A stretch of DNA of 64,000 nucleotides from the human T2T-CHM13v2.0 reference genome, Homo sapiens: NCBI RefSeq assembly GCF_009914755.1, contig NC_060926.1, one strand, 5' to 3'. Below, in pieces: positions 16,701 to 33,102 of this stretch; the first letter of the stretch is position 1, and each line of letters starts with the position of its first letter. Below the pieces are notes generated by a model, which made no database searches, was not told the origin of the DNA, and saw nothing but the letters and a program-made list of their open reading frames with translations. A program made the position numbers and the translations under genes.

Positions 16701-16841
16701 GCAGAAAGTAGTTCAGTTCAAGGCACATTTGCTACTTGCCTGCCTAGAGTCCGGCACTGTCCTAGGCCCAAGGGATTCAAATACAATCCAATGGGGAAGA
16801 CAGTCACAGATCAAAGTAATTCAGTAGTTGGGAGGTTCTGA

Positions 16842-17162
<321 letters not shown>

Positions 17163-17474
17163 TAAAGGATAACCCAGGCATCATTTTACCCCATTCATTT
17201 CAGCTCTACTTTCTGCTTTAGACGGAGGCAGAGTTCAGACAGATTCTAAAGTGTCCACAGTTGATCTCAGCTAAGGAAGCAGAGGACAGGGCTTGGGATC
17301 CTGAGGTCCAGGGGAGGTTACCCGCTGCGTCCATCATCCTCAGAGAATGAAGCCAGGAGAGTGGGGATTAGAGTCAACCATAAAGGGTCCAGCCAGGCTG
17401 AGCAAGTGCTGCCACGACCAGTGGGTCTGTGGTTCAGGTGCTGATCAGTTTCCTATTTCCCCACCTCTGCTTAA

Positions 17475-17789
<315 letters not shown>

Positions 17790-18629
17790 TGAATGAAACA
17801 ATTCACACCCCACCGTTTGCCATCATCTTCCGACTTCCTTACACCTGTAAAGCCCTCTAAAGCCCTCACCCCTGGAGACATCCCCCTTCCCAAGGACCCT
17901 CCCCCAGGCTCCAGCTGACATGCCGCAGGCACACTTGGTGCTCCGTGCTTCTGGCACCGTGCTCGGGCCCGTCTCTCCCAGACAAGCAGCCCCCTCTCTG
18001 CCTTCCCCAGCCTCCTCTCCACTAGCACCGGTAGGACCAGAAGCAGCTTTACTCAGCTACTTAATTACTAGGGACAACGGTTACTGGAGACACGGGGAAT
18101 AGTTTAAAAGCTGCTGGAAAACAGTTTCTAGCCCTTGGGAATGAGGCAGAAATAGAGCTATCACACAGACATCTCCTTCATGTTAACACTGGTTGACTTT
18201 GTGTCCAGAACTAACCAGGACAGTGCTAGCCGATCAGGCCTGGGATGCCCTCATGTAGAAGCCTCGCAGGCACCCCCAGGCCCCTCTCCCTAGAAGTCCT
18301 TCTTCTGTGCCCTCCTTCAGCCAGGACAGAGAGTAACGGCAGATGGTTACTGCCTTTCTGAGGGTCAGGGTCTGTATGTTCATTATTTAATTTTATCCCG
18401 ATAAAAACCCTAGGGTGTAGGCACATGCTCGGTCTTTTTTTGTTTGTTTGTTTGTTTTTTAAACCAGTGAAGAGGCTGGGCTTTAAAGGGGTTAGATTAC
18501 ATTCTCGAAGGCCACACAGTGCAGATGGTGGGGCTGGAGGCCAGCTAACTCCAGGCCACGGGCCCCTTGGGCTCCCTGAATCTTCAAAGTCCACCTTGTT
18601 GGCCCTGTCTGGGGTCTCCCTATGCCTCA

Positions 18630-19036
<407 letters not shown>

Positions 19037-19077
19037 CAGTGCTCTGTTGGTGGGAACTGTCCAGTGCTGCAGCCACT

Positions 19078-19289
19078 GTGTTAAATGTCGGCTCTGTGTC
19101 CCCACCAAAATCTCTTGTTGAATTGTAATCCCTAGTGTTGGAGGTGTGGCCTGGTGGGAGGTGATTGATCATGGGTGGGGACTTCCCCCTTGCTATTCTT
19201 GTGATAGAGTTCTCCCTAGATCTGTTTGTTTAAAAGTGTGTAGCCCCTCCCCCTCGTTCTCGATCTCCTCCCGGCCATGTGAAGTTACT

Positions 19290-19290
<1 letters not shown>
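19078..19290. mobile_element. MST-type MaLR LTR fragment
   Basis: GGCTCTGTGTCCCCACC..AATCTC..GTTGAATTGTAATCCC signature. Confidence 0.75.
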
Positions 19291-19995
<705 letters not shown>

Positions 19996-20038
19996 AATAC
20001 TGCTTTCTTAAAGGACCTGTTTTCTCCTTCCCACGTGA

Positions 20039-20335
<297 letters not shown>

Positions 20336-22096
20336 TAGTATAGAAGTAAGCCCCAGAAAGATTGTTATTTGATTGTTTTTCATGCTTAAAGTTTATGAAG
20401 TCTATGTCTACAGAGTACATGAAATTACGAGTCGGCTATTATGCCTTATGTGGTTATGTGCTAAAAAGGTTCTTTTTTAAAAAAGTAGTTTCTACTCAAG
20501 GATTTGCATCTTGATATGTTCACAGTTTTTAGAGCAAAAGTCGAAAAACATTGATGACTATGTTGGACTTTTCAGTGTGTTTATAAAGTCCTATATAAAC
20601 ATAAAGTTAAATCACATTTAGTTAAAGATCCATTAACCTGCCTTCATAAATACAGTGATGTGTGAAATTGGGCTTGCCAGGAAAATTTGGAGCTCATTTA
20701 CATGTGGTCACTACTTCGAAGGCAAAAATTACTTCAAGCAAGTGCCAAGTATGTCAAAAGCAGGGAGGGTGAGAGCCACTGGTCCGCAGGTTCACGTGGG
20801 AGCCACACGTCTGCGTCTGCCAAGCTGCAGAAGGGCCTGGCCTTCCCTCACCCATGTGCAGGGTGCCCCTCTTCACCCCAGCCCTTCCCTGTCCTGGGGG
20901 GGCTTCCTCCCTGGCCTGCAGCCCCACCTGCACCTGCAAAGCCATGGAGAATGAGCAGTAGCTGAGACCTCTTGAGTACTGTAGATAGTGATGAAGATAG
21001 CTGTCCTTGAAGTTCTAGAACGTAATTTAATTCCAGTGCCGCTAAGCCATCTGTGCTATAATTTTCAGATCTCCCTGACCCCACACATAGTGGGAGTCAA
21101 CTCAGACTTTGGCTTTGCAGATCTTGTCAGTTCTCGAGACCCAGAAGTGATTTTGGATGGGAAATGAGCAACAGACAAGTTTGCATGCACCTGTTGCAGA
21201 CAAGATGCAGGCTATGAATACAGAGAGCGCTTCGGCCCACTCACTGCCCTTAGGGGCTTGGGGTGGGGTGCAGAGAGGTGGGTTAGCACAGAATGCAGTC
21301 AGGCTCGGATTTGGGAACAGTGGGAGTGCTGTGGTGGGGAAGCCTTTGTGGAGGAAGGGACTTGAGGAGAGGGAGGGCTCAGAAGGCACCCACTGCAGAG
21401 TCTGATGTCCAGGAAATGCCCGAAATGTGGGTGAGGGTGAAGATAAAGGGACAGTGTTCCAGCCAGACAGCCTGAGCAAAAGTTCAGGGCAGCTGTGCCT
21501 GGGCAGCTTTGAGAGCAGGGGGGTGCTGGGTTACTTGCAGGAGGAGATTTCATGGAAGGGAATAGTGGGTGATAAGACTGAAGTTTCCAAAGTCAGGCTT
21601 TGGTCAGTCAAAGCTTCTAAACTTCCAATCAAGATGCTCCTAGTAGGTGCTGGTGAATCTGGAGGTAGCTACGGGATCAGGGACCAGCAGTGAAAAGTGT
21701 ACAAACTGTATGTGTGTTTGGATTCTGCCCTGTCAACTACCTGCATGTGGCCTCAGGTTCCATCATCCAAAAACATTGTGGCTACATGTAGATCATGTGC
21801 ACGTGTTTACGAAACCATTCCCCATAGCCATAGCCACAGGCCTCAGTCGATTGGGCCAGAAGGTGCCCCCACTATTGGCGGAGAACTTAGCTTCAGAATT
21901 CACCCTAAGGTTCCCTTAGTCCCCATCCCCACCACACCCCCAGGTCTTGCCAGAGCCACCTCTCCCCACATGACCCCCCAAGAAAGACAGCCCTGTAGTC
22001 TAACTCAACCTGCAGCATGCCCCGCACTGCCTTGTAAGACAGTTGAGGAGCGGACATCAGAACCACCTCTGAAGCCCTTTGTTCTTTTTTTTCTAG

Positions 22097-22279
<183 letters not shown>

Positions 22280-23525
22280 TGCCCCGGCACTGAAGTCGGG
22301 ACACAATCAGCTTTAACCAATGGATGAGGGGGGTGGCCACAGGAGATGGGGAGAGGAGTCTGAACTAAACCCCTGGCTTTTGTGCACACTGCATACGTTT
22401 CAGAACTCCTGGATGGTAACCATCTCTGGAGTGCAGCGCTTGCTGCAGTGGAAATGATCAGGAATACTGACCGTGTTTCTCTTGCCTCCGAGGTTCTTGG
22501 GCACACTCTATAGCCATACTGGACAGGAACCAGGTGCCCCGTGTAGGCATCGTCGGTCGGTTTGCCGTCAGAGATGGCGCATCTCGCTGCATCCCCCGAG
22601 AGTACACCGGTTGCTCTAGCCACCTGCGGCCCGCCCATCTGCGCTAGCTGGCCTTCACGCTCTTGATCGTCTTTCCTTTGTATTGGAGAAGGACTGGGTC
22701 AGAGATCTGTTGGAGAGAGAGAATAAAGAGATTATTTTTCATTATTTTTAAATGGTTGTTTTTGTTTTAATTTGCACAGCTACACAGAGGAAATAACTTA
22801 GGCACTTTCTGTTTTTTTTAAAAAAATAATAAGGTCTCATGGCTTCATTTAGAGACCACAGTAACAACAGCAGCCCACCAATCAGAGAAGCTGGTTGTTA
22901 TTAACCAAGCTACAGATTCACACTTTCTGGCCTAAACCCTAATGGGATGAGGCTTTTCACCCCAGGCCATGCTGGTGGTGATTTTTTAGCCCCTAAATAA
23001 AACACTGGACTATTTCCTGTTTACTTCATTGATTGCAACTACAAAGGTGGACTCAAAGCAAAGCACAATCATGCCAGCCAACATTCCAGAATTCTGCTGA
23101 GAACTCCAAGTCTGTGAGGGGAGAGGTTTTACAAGCCAGACAGGCCTGGGGGACTGCAGTCCCCAAGGAGACCCTGCCACATGCTGGCCCTTTGAGTGAG
23201 AATGCTGCATCTTTCTACATATCTTCATGAGAATACTGAGAATTGGATTTTCCTTTTCAAAATGCACTTTGCTTTTTTTGTATGTTTTGTTATGTTGAGA
23301 TGTTTCTAAAGAAAAGATTTTATGTAATTATAAGATGAAGCGTAGTGAATTGTACAGCTGTTGTAATAATGACCTATTTCTATATAAAATAAAATTGTAT
23401 GGCTTATGTGTAAATTATTTTGTATCTGAGATACCAGTTCCTTTTCCCAAATATAAAAGTATAAAAGTTTTCTTGTGTTTTTCTGTGAGTGAAAATTTTG
23501 TAATAAATTAACAAATTTGTACAAT
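22280..23525 (+). other. NPAS2: NPAS2 3' UTR (end approximate)
   Basis: Follows the stop codon; AATAAA at 22722, 22996, 23388 and 23502; U-rich sequence after the last one. Confidence 0.75.
23502..23507 (+). terminator. NPAS2: Likely distal polyadenylation signal of NPAS2
   Basis: AATAAA followed by U/UC-rich downstream sequence. Confidence 0.65.
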
Positions 23526-23781
23526 TTCCTCTGTCCCTTGTTATACATCCCTGCATACATCTTTTCACCAGTAATTCTTTTTTTCTAATTTCAAGATGTT
23601 TGAAGGATAATCAAAGATACGGAAAAGATGAAAGCAAGCCATCAGCTTTTTGAGCTGCAATATGTGCATCGGCCTATCAGGTTCTGATCTTTGTGTTAAA
23701 GTTTGTGCCCGAAAAACAAATGGTTTACTGTAGAAGTGACAGCAAAACAAAACAGAAAAAGTTTCTGGAAACATCTCAATC

Positions 23782-24085
23782 TTTTTTTTGTTTGTTTGTT
23801 TTGAGACAGCGTCTCTCTCTCTCTTGCCCAGCCTGGAGTGCAGTGGCACAATCTCGGCTCAATGTAAACTGTGCCTCCTGGTTCAAGTGATTCTCCTGCC
23901 TCAGCCTCCCGAGTAACTGGGATTACAGGCACCCACCACCATACCCCACTAATTTTTGTGTTTTTAGTAGAGACGGGGTTTCGCCATATTGGCCAGGCTG
24001 GTCTCGAACTCCTGACCTCAAGTGATCAGCCCACCTCGGCCTGCCAAAGTGCTAGGATTACAGGTGTGAGCCACCACACCCAGCC
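23782..24085 (-). mobile_element. Alu
   Basis: Antisense dimer, TSD-like AACATCTCA. Confidence 0.92.
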
Positions 24086-27000
24086 AACATCTCAGTCTTG
24101 ACACAGGTAAAATCCATGGAGGTGACCAAGACATTCTCCACCAAAGCATTCATTTATAGCCCATCATTAAACTCAGCCTGGAATTACATGGGGTTTCGCC
24201 ACCAACACTTAGATATCAGTGATGTGGGCAGCGTATGTGTGTCTCCATATAAGATGTGTGCACATATGCCACGTTGAGGGTGGGGGCATAGCCGCAGCAT
24301 CTAGAAGATTTCTGCCAACTACAGACAGCCACCCCATCATGAGGCTTCATGGGCTGAAGGAGGGTACCCTGGAGTACTGTGGTTGAGAACCACTGCAACG
24401 GCAATGCCCCTTCCAAAAGCATTGGCCCAAGAGAGCAAAGTTCCTTTCCCTGCTGCATTGCTATGGCTCTCTGCTCCTACTCCTCCCATGTAGAATGGGG
24501 ATGGCTCTTCCCAGTTCTATGACTAGGATCAGTTTTGGATGGCATGAGAGGGTGCCATATAAATACATCCAAAAAGTTTTATTACTCACACAATTGTTCT
24601 ATTCCTGAGAAAAAGGTAAGTGAAAATATTTTGCACGTACTAAAACACTAACTCTTTAAAGGAACCAGAAATGAACCCCCTTCTTAAAAATGCTTTGTGA
24701 AACTGGATTAACTATTTTTAAATGTTTTATAAATTCAAAGGTTTCTAGATCTGATTTGCCTGTAATAGAATTTGTAATTTAATTTGCTGTCAGCATTTTT
24801 TTAAGCAGAACAAGATTTTTAATGGACAGCATATTTATTGTCCTAGGATTTTCTAGCTGGAAGTCATTAAAAAAGGGCAGAGTGTGCCTTGCTACTAATT
24901 TGATTTAGCTTTGCTTAAATCTTACACTTGTTCAGAATTTGGATAAACTCAGAAAACGCGTGTAATATTTCTTTAAACCCACATGCGTCATGGGAAGTTT
25001 AATCCCTAAACTTTTGATTCATTAAAGTTTGCTCATTAAAAGGCTATTTTGCAACCCTGTCCTATTTCCAGAAAAACCATGACCTTTCTGTTTGTAAAAC
25101 TATAAAGTCTTGGCTCATGTGAAATGACTGAAACGCGAACCCAAGTACACTAAGTTTATGATCTTTTCAACTAACTCAGTTTACTGTCTCTAATTCAACT
25201 AAAATTCATTACATTAATTTTAAAATGTTGTTTGTGCATGCGACATGGGGAACTAGCCAACTGTTCTAAGCCATGACATTTTACACTCTTGTCTAAATTA
25301 TCTGGTAAAATTTGTTTTGGTACAAGACTGCTTTGGTTTCTCTCTTTACTTAGTGTAGGTACAGCCTGAAGGTCTCCAAGTCTGCCATTAATGTCCCAGA
25401 TAAATAACTAATTTGGATCCTCTAGAGATACCTGTTAGCAGCTTTTTGGGCAGACATGCATTAATTTCACACTATGCATACAAACAGCTTTATTTTTCTG
25501 GCAAAAAAAGCTCACTGGAAACACAAAACAACTCTCGTAGGATTTTTCCCTAACCACACTTAGGCACATCTATGATATTGATTCCTTTTTAAAATTACAA
25601 TTATCTTTTTTATATTTCGTGTTTTATTTTAAGCATGAAGTTAGGAACTCATGGCCTTTTATGGACTCAACTTTTCTAATTGACCATTGTTATTTATTTC
25701 ATGCTCAAATTGGTACAACCCGGCCAGTGAGAGCCAGCTCCTGTGTTTGGCTCTTTTCTCTTTTTAGCATTGCCCATCAGAAATCAGATTCCAGATTTCC
25801 TTCTGGGAACAACACAATCAAGGCCCATACTGATTTATTTATTTATTTTATTTTTCCTCTCTCAAAGCATGCAGGCGACTACCCTCCAAGGAGTCCTGAT
25901 TCCTTTTAATTAAAAAAAAGAGATTAAAATCTGGACACCTAGAGTAAGACTAAGAGCTGGTATTGGGTCAAGCGCTGCCTCTGTTGCTGTTATTGGGTCA
26001 TCCTGTTGTGATGGAGCTGAAAACATTTTCAGTCATGAAATCACATTGATTTCTGCAATGTAATATATATTATACCGTAGTCTACTTTTCTAATGTGATT
26101 TTGTTCAGCACTTTCTCCTAAACTGACATTCCATATGAAGTCAGTTATGAACTGTTGATTTTAATTTCAAATACTTCTTGTGCCATTCCTCTCCTTTCTG
26201 TCACATTAGTTGCTGCCTCATTTGGGCCCCATTTAGGCTGGGTCACAGAAACAGCCTCCACACTGACCTCCCAGGCCTGGTCTACCCATACTACCTCTTT
26301 AGCACCTCTTCACCACCACGCCTCTTTCCTTGTAAAAATCTTTCGGTGGCGCTTCTTGGGAAGTCCCATTGGACCTTCCTGGAGCTCAGTCCAGGATGAA
26401 ACTGCCAAGGAGGACTCCTTTAGCCCCTTAGGTTTGTTGCCCCTAAAGCTGGTGGACAGGAATGCAACCTGTCTACTTTCTTGCTGCCCCGACAGGGAAA
26501 CATTCAGATCTTGTTTCATTTTATGGATTCTCTGCTCATCAGTAAAAGTAAAAAGACGTGAGTGATTAGCCCAGCTAACAAACACCAGAGAGTTACAAAG
26601 TTCCTATTATATGGTTCTGGTCTCTTCCAGGCCCAGTAGTCACTGGCCTGGTCCCTGGGGCGTGGGAGGGAAACAGAAGCTGGAAGAGTCTGCAGAGCCC
26701 CAGGCAGGCAAATGATTTTCAGTCCTCAAACCTAACAGTCTTTATTATATGTCTGTTCAACCTTTATGTAAGGCAGGAGAGTTGACATCTTAGGGGGATG
26801 TTTTGTAGATTCCCACTGGAAGGATCTATTTATTTCAACAAGTGGTAGGATCTACTCACATTTCGTCAGTTATACGGAAACTTGAGTCAGCTGGCACCAG
26901 ACTTCTTTCTGATTTATTACAGTAACACTTTTACTACCTCTAATGGATGGTACCCTAGAAAGCTGTCCCTTAATCCCTCTCTAGGTGCTGGGAGCCAGAT

Positions 27001-27241
27001 AGAAGGGGCAAGATCACATCTTCAGAGTGTGATTGCAGGGAGTCAGGATCAGAACAATGATCCCAAAAGGGCCATGGGGTATGAAAGGCCTGAGGCAGGC
27101 TTTAGGGTGCCTGAGCATGAGGAAGAGGAGGCAGAAAGGAGATGAGAGCAAGCATCATTTGGTTGAAACAAATTGTGCCAGCCCCTCTTCTTCTTTGTTA
27201 ACAGAACCCCACTTCTGTGCATTAAAAGCAACGTGTCTATC

Positions 27242-27523
27242 TTGTAATCCTAGCACTTTGGGAGGCCGAGGCGGGCGGATCACGAGGTCAGGAGATCAAG
27301 ACCATCCTGGCTAACACGGTGAAACCCTGTCTCTACTAAAAATACAAAAAATTAGCCGGGTGTAGTGGCGGGCGCCTGTAGTCCCAGCTACTCAGGAGGC
27401 TGAGGCAGAAGAATGGCGTGAACTCGGCAGGCGGAGCTTGCAGTGAGCCGAGATCGCGCCACTGCACTCCAGCCTGGGCAACAGAGCGAGACTCCGTCTC
27501 AAAAAACAACAACAACAACAAAA
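27242..27523 (+). mobile_element. AluY-like, slightly 5'-truncated, (AAC)n tail
   Basis: ACCATCCTGGCTAACACGG and GAATGGCGTGAAC diagnostic positions. Confidence 0.92.
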
Positions 27524-28029
27524 GCAATGTGTTTAGCCCAGGCCACAAAATACACAACCCATCATTAGGCCAAGGTAATCGTGACAATCCCATTTGCTTT
27601 TGGCAGGCATGTGCTCTCCCAGCCTAACTGAAATGGAGTCCCTAGTCCTAACCAATGACAGGCAGAAATCTACTGGAGGTTTCTGGAAAGGCCTTTGGAG
27701 TCTGATAAGAGACATGGGGGGAGGCTTCCTTGTCCACCACCATCTCTTGCCTTTGAGGACTGCTGGGATACCTAGAAGTGCAACATCTACCCTGATACAG
27801 GATGCAAAGATTCCTCATGAGATCAGAGTCCCTGTTCCAGCCCTGAAATTGCCTGCCTCCAGTCTCGTCTGTGAGGTCTTGAAACATGTCCATTGCTGAA
27901 AACCCTGTTAGTAGGTTAGGGGTGACTTGGTCCGGGCATTTTCCCATTCACCAAAGTGCCAGGCATTAAGTGGGCCCTTTCAACTTGGAACATCAAGCTC
28001 CTTCGTTCTGGGAAATTTCCTTAAATTCA

Positions 28030-28340
28030 AGGTACCATCGTCATGAAATTTCTGAACTTTAAAGAGAAGATCCTAAAATCTTTCAGAGAGAAAAAAATGA
28101 CGCATCACTTCTCACCACACTGAAAAACTGAAGACAATGAAGCCTGCCTTCAAAATGCTGGGGAGAAATTCTTTTCAATCTAGAATTCCATACAAGCCAG
28201 AATTTAAATTTGAGGGTTGAATAAATACTCAGGTATTTGAGGGCTCATAAACTTTTTAGCTAGTGTACTCATCTTAAGAAACCACTAAAAATGGTGTGCT
28301 CCTGTGAAAGAAGGGAGTTCGACAAGAAAAAGGAAGACAT
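28030..28340 (+). mobile_element. Old L1/HAL1 ORF1-region fragment
   Basis: GAGAAGATCCTAAAA..TTCAGAGAG and TCAATCTAGAATTC motifs. Confidence 0.45.
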
Positions 28341-28983
28341 GGGTCCATAGATCCAACTGTCTCCGAATCTCTAGACTGGTGACACGCAGTTCCCAGTTCT
28401 CTGGGGACCTCCTCAGATCTCCCTGTCGTGTCATCTCACATCTGTCATCTCTCAGGTCATATCCAACACACTGGGCCACCCACGCACAGGGACGACGCGA
28501 CAGCCCTGTGGCTCCACCGCACAGGACAGCCACGACTGGCAATCCTGTGCCGGCCCTGCTCGACGCAAGCACCTCCAGCGCCGGGTTGCGTCTTAGTGAC
28601 CCTGGGACCGCCAGCCAGGCACCGCGCCCGACGCAGGCTCAGTCAGTGTTGGTCGGATGCATGAATGAATGGGAAAAACGAAGTCTCTCTCTCCCTGGCC
28701 CTGCTCCCATACATCTGTAGGCCTAGGTCTTGGTTTTATCCGAAGACTTAGAGAAGGGACGCAAGTTCCTTCGCGGAGCCAGAAGGAATCCGTCGAGAAG
28801 CGGGACCTCAAGCTCGCGGCCCAAAAGCGCGGCCCCGCCACGACGCCTGCTAGCTGGCCCCACTTCGGCGCGCGCCGCTTACATCATAGCTCGCCTCTCC
28901 CCTTCCCTAGCCACACCCCCTTGCCTGGCGACCCGGAAGTTGTACTTGCAACTGCGGCTTTCCTTCTCCCACAATCCTTCGCG

Positions 28984-29012
28984 CTCTTCCTTTCCAACTT
29001 GGACGCTGCAGA
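28984..29012 (+). promoter_or_regulatory. RPL31: RPL31 non-coding exon 1 with 5'TOP/TCT tract CTCTTCCTTTCC
   Basis: Oligopyrimidine tract 28984-28995, then AGA|gtgagt donor at 29013; exact TSS uncertain. Confidence 0.85.
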
Positions 29013-29398
29013 GTGAGTATGGGTGGCGGAGTCTGGGCTCCTGGAATCCAGCCCCATCCTCCTTTGGGATTGTGCTAACTGGGACCGCAAAATCTCTCCC
29101 GAGCCAGCCCGGGGCTCCGGTTGTGGGGAGATGGGAATACACCCTGCTTTTAAAGGCTCCCAGAGCCTGAGGAAGAAAGTGACCAGGCTTAGGGGAGCCG
29201 GAGCGGCAGGGATTTCCGGGTCGGAGGCATCTGAGGGGCGCAGGGGCGCGGGTGCGTGGGCCACTGGGTGACCGACTTAGCCTGGCCAGACTCTCAGCAC
29301 CTGGAAGCGCCCCGAGAGTGACAGCGTGAGGCTGGGAGGGAGGACTTGGCTTGAGCTTGTTAAACTCTGCTCTGAGCCTCCTTGTCGCCTGCATTTAG

Positions 29399-29506
<108 letters not shown>

Positions 29507-29986
29507 TGAGTATCCCTCTAGCCGCCCTGGGTCTCGAACTCACGCGTCTGGTTGTTACCGAGAGATGTGCCGAATCACCTCCACCCCAATCTTTTCCTCT
29601 TGTGGCCTTCCCTGTTTCATTCATTGGCAATTTAACAAATCCTGTGGGCTCTACCCTCCGAATACATTCACAGTCTGACCAGCTGCATTGGTCTTTCTGA
29701 CCGCCCCCATTATTCTTTCTTAGCCGAATGCGGACAGCAGCAGCTCCCTACTCCTGTTCCCTTCCCTACCCAAACATGCGTGGTCTATTCTCAGATCCTC
29801 CATCGGCCTTCTATCTTAGGTTAGAAATCAAGAGTTCTTGCCATGATCCCACATTGGCTGACCCGCTTAATCATACCGGGCATGCTTTTGTTTCAAAGTA
29901 GCTACTTTGTTGAATTTTTACCCTTTTTTTCCCTATGCCTGAATGTTTTTTCCACAAATAAATGCTTCGTTGCCTTCAGACTTTGA

Positions 29987-30181
<195 letters not shown>

Positions 30182-30854
30182 TAATGCTTTATTTTCCCTG
30201 GTTTGTCTTTCTCTGTAGTACTAGATACCATCTGATGTACTCAATAGGTTGCTTACATAAGCTGTGTGAAGAACAAGGGATTGCCAGCTGCTGTTATTTC
30301 TAGTACCGTTTACTTCTGGATGTTTTAAGTATTTAAGTGAAGTGAGCTTGCTTGATGGGTTCATAGCGCTAACTACTGCCATTCATCATACTCAAGAAGC
30401 GACCTGCCTGCACACTTCAGGCCCCTGCTCTTTAAGCATAGATGAAGTCAATAGCATTGAATGATCTGTTCCAAAAACATGTCCTGTCTTAAGACATGAC
30501 ATTTAATCAAATTTAGTATTTTGATTGAGGACTTCAGAAAGTGGATTATGCATCTTCTTGTCCTAAGTGTTATGCTAATTGCTGGGCATTGCACACTGGT
30601 GGGAAAAAAGGATTGTTACTGCCTAGTTTAAGGGTTGGTTTAGGCTGGTTTTAGGAGGACATACCATCTACAGTAAGTCTTCACTGAGCTTTAAGCACAC
30701 TGGCCTACTGTATGCTGTAAAAACTTGGTTTTGTTACATAAGACATTGCTTAAAGTCAGTTTCCAGGAGCCTATCATCGACATTGAGGATTTCTCACATG
30801 TACCTAATTTAGTTTTGTGCTCCTTTAATTTGTTCACTTATGTTTGAATCGTAG

Positions 30855-30980
30855 GGGCTTCAAGAAGCGTGCACCTCGGGCACTCAAAGAGATTCGGAAA
30901 TTTGCCATGAAGGAGATGGGAACTCCAGATGTGCGCATTGACACCAGGCTCAACAAAGCTGTCTGGGCCAAAGGAATAAG
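30855..30980 (+). CDS. RPL31: RPL31 exon 3, [41 protein letters not shown](R)
   Basis: cgtag|G, AG|gtgcta; 126 nt. Confidence 0.98.
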
Positions 30981-31940
30981 GTGCTAAAGTTATCTGTATT
31001 CGAAGGTGAACTTTTGCAATGACACCAGCTTCACTTAACCCTGCAAGAGCCCATATCAGTTCAGTAATTTGGTTAATGCATGTGGAAGTATAAAAAAAAA
31101 AAATACTGTGACCGTGACTTAGGGTGTGTAGTATCTGCAGGGAAGCCCCTTAATTTAGTGGCTTATGAACTGAGACCCAAGGGAAGGAGCCAGCAGTGTA
31201 GGGTGGGAAAGAGCATTGCAGAGAGAGGAAGCTTGGCAGGATCTGGGAGCGGGGTGGTGAACGCAGGTAAAGTGGAATAAATCACTGTGAGCCCAGTGGA
31301 GGAGGGAGGGGTGAGGGTCGCTCTAGACATCATGGCAAGTCCACCAGGAGAGAAGTGGTTCTTGGCCTGCGGCAGTTTTACCTGTCCTTCCCGGGGTTGT
31401 GGCGGGGGTGGGGGGCAGTGTTTTTTGTCACTACTGAGGGATACTGTGGGCCAGGGACTACTAAACATCCTACAACTCATGGGGCTGCTCCCTCAACAAA
31501 AAATTGCCTAGCTCAGATGTTAGTTCTCATGTTGGGGGACCCTGCTCTAAAGTGGAACCAGAAAGCAGGGGAGGCTTGTGCTGTAAAGGACGTCATGAGG
31601 TGCCAGAACAGAAGTGGAGTGAGGGGCAGCTAGAGGAATGATGACAGTGTGGACTAGTTGATTCTGGAAACGGGTTGGGGGAGGACTGTCTGCATCTGTG
31701 TGGTATTTAAACCTTAGGATTAAGTGAGATGAACAAGACAGGGACCTGAGACCTAGCTCTTCTGTGGGTGGACATTGAAGGGTGCAGCAGGAGAGGTGTC
31801 CTCCGATGCCTGCCTTGGGATAAGAGGAATGGGATTACAGGAGCCAAGAGAAGTCCTGAGTTTATAGGAATCGGGGCCTAGAACAATACCCGGCATCGAT
31901 AGAGGAAAGAGAATCAGCTGTGATGCTACGGAGAGGGTAA

Positions 31941-32302
<362 letters not shown>

Positions 32303-32626
32303 TTTCTTCATATTTTAATGTAACAGAAAAATCACGTAACAAAGTTTCTGGTGATAGACAAAAGACTAACACATTTGGACCATTTGGACCCAGATATCTG
32401 CTTAGGATTAACCGGTTGGGTATCAATGGTGGCTACCTTAACATGTCTTCAAACAAGCATCCCTCCTGTGGTAACAGCATTTAATGTTCACCTGGGGGTT
32501 ATGTTTCATTTTCCAGGGAACTGTAAGTTCTAGGTTGGTCAGAGTAGAGCAAAGGACAGCATTAGAAGCAGGCATATGAGATATGTGAATACAGCTAGTG
32601 GCTGCTTGGTTGAAAGGAGGCATTGA

Positions 32627-32785
<159 letters not shown>

Positions 32786-33046
32786 TAAAGCCATTTAAAT
32801 TCATTAGAAAAATGTCCTTACCTCTTAAAATGTGAATTCATCTGTTAAGCTAGGGGTGACACACGTCATTGTACCCTTTTTAAATTGTTGGTGTGGGAAG
32901 ATGCTAAAGAATGCAAAACTGATCCATATCTGGGATGTAAAAAGGTTGTGGAAAATAGAATGCCCAGACCCGTCTACAAAAGGTTTTTAGAGTTGAAATA
33001 TGAAATGTGATGTGGGTATGGAAATTGACTGTTACTTCCTTTACAG

Positions 33047-33078
33047 ATCTACAGACAGTCAATGTGGATGAGAACTAA
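33047..33078 (+). CDS. RPL31: RPL31 canonical last exon, (N)LQTVNVDEN-stop
   Basis: ttacag|AT; TAA 33076-33078; total CDS 378 nt = 125 aa. Confidence 0.98.
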
Positions 33079-33096
33079 TCGCTGATCGTCAGATCA

Positions 33097-33102
33097 AATA
33101 AA
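33097..33102 (+). terminator. RPL31: RPL31 polyadenylation signal
   Basis: AATAAA 18 nt after the stop, GU/U-rich element at ~33120-33140. Confidence 0.9.
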
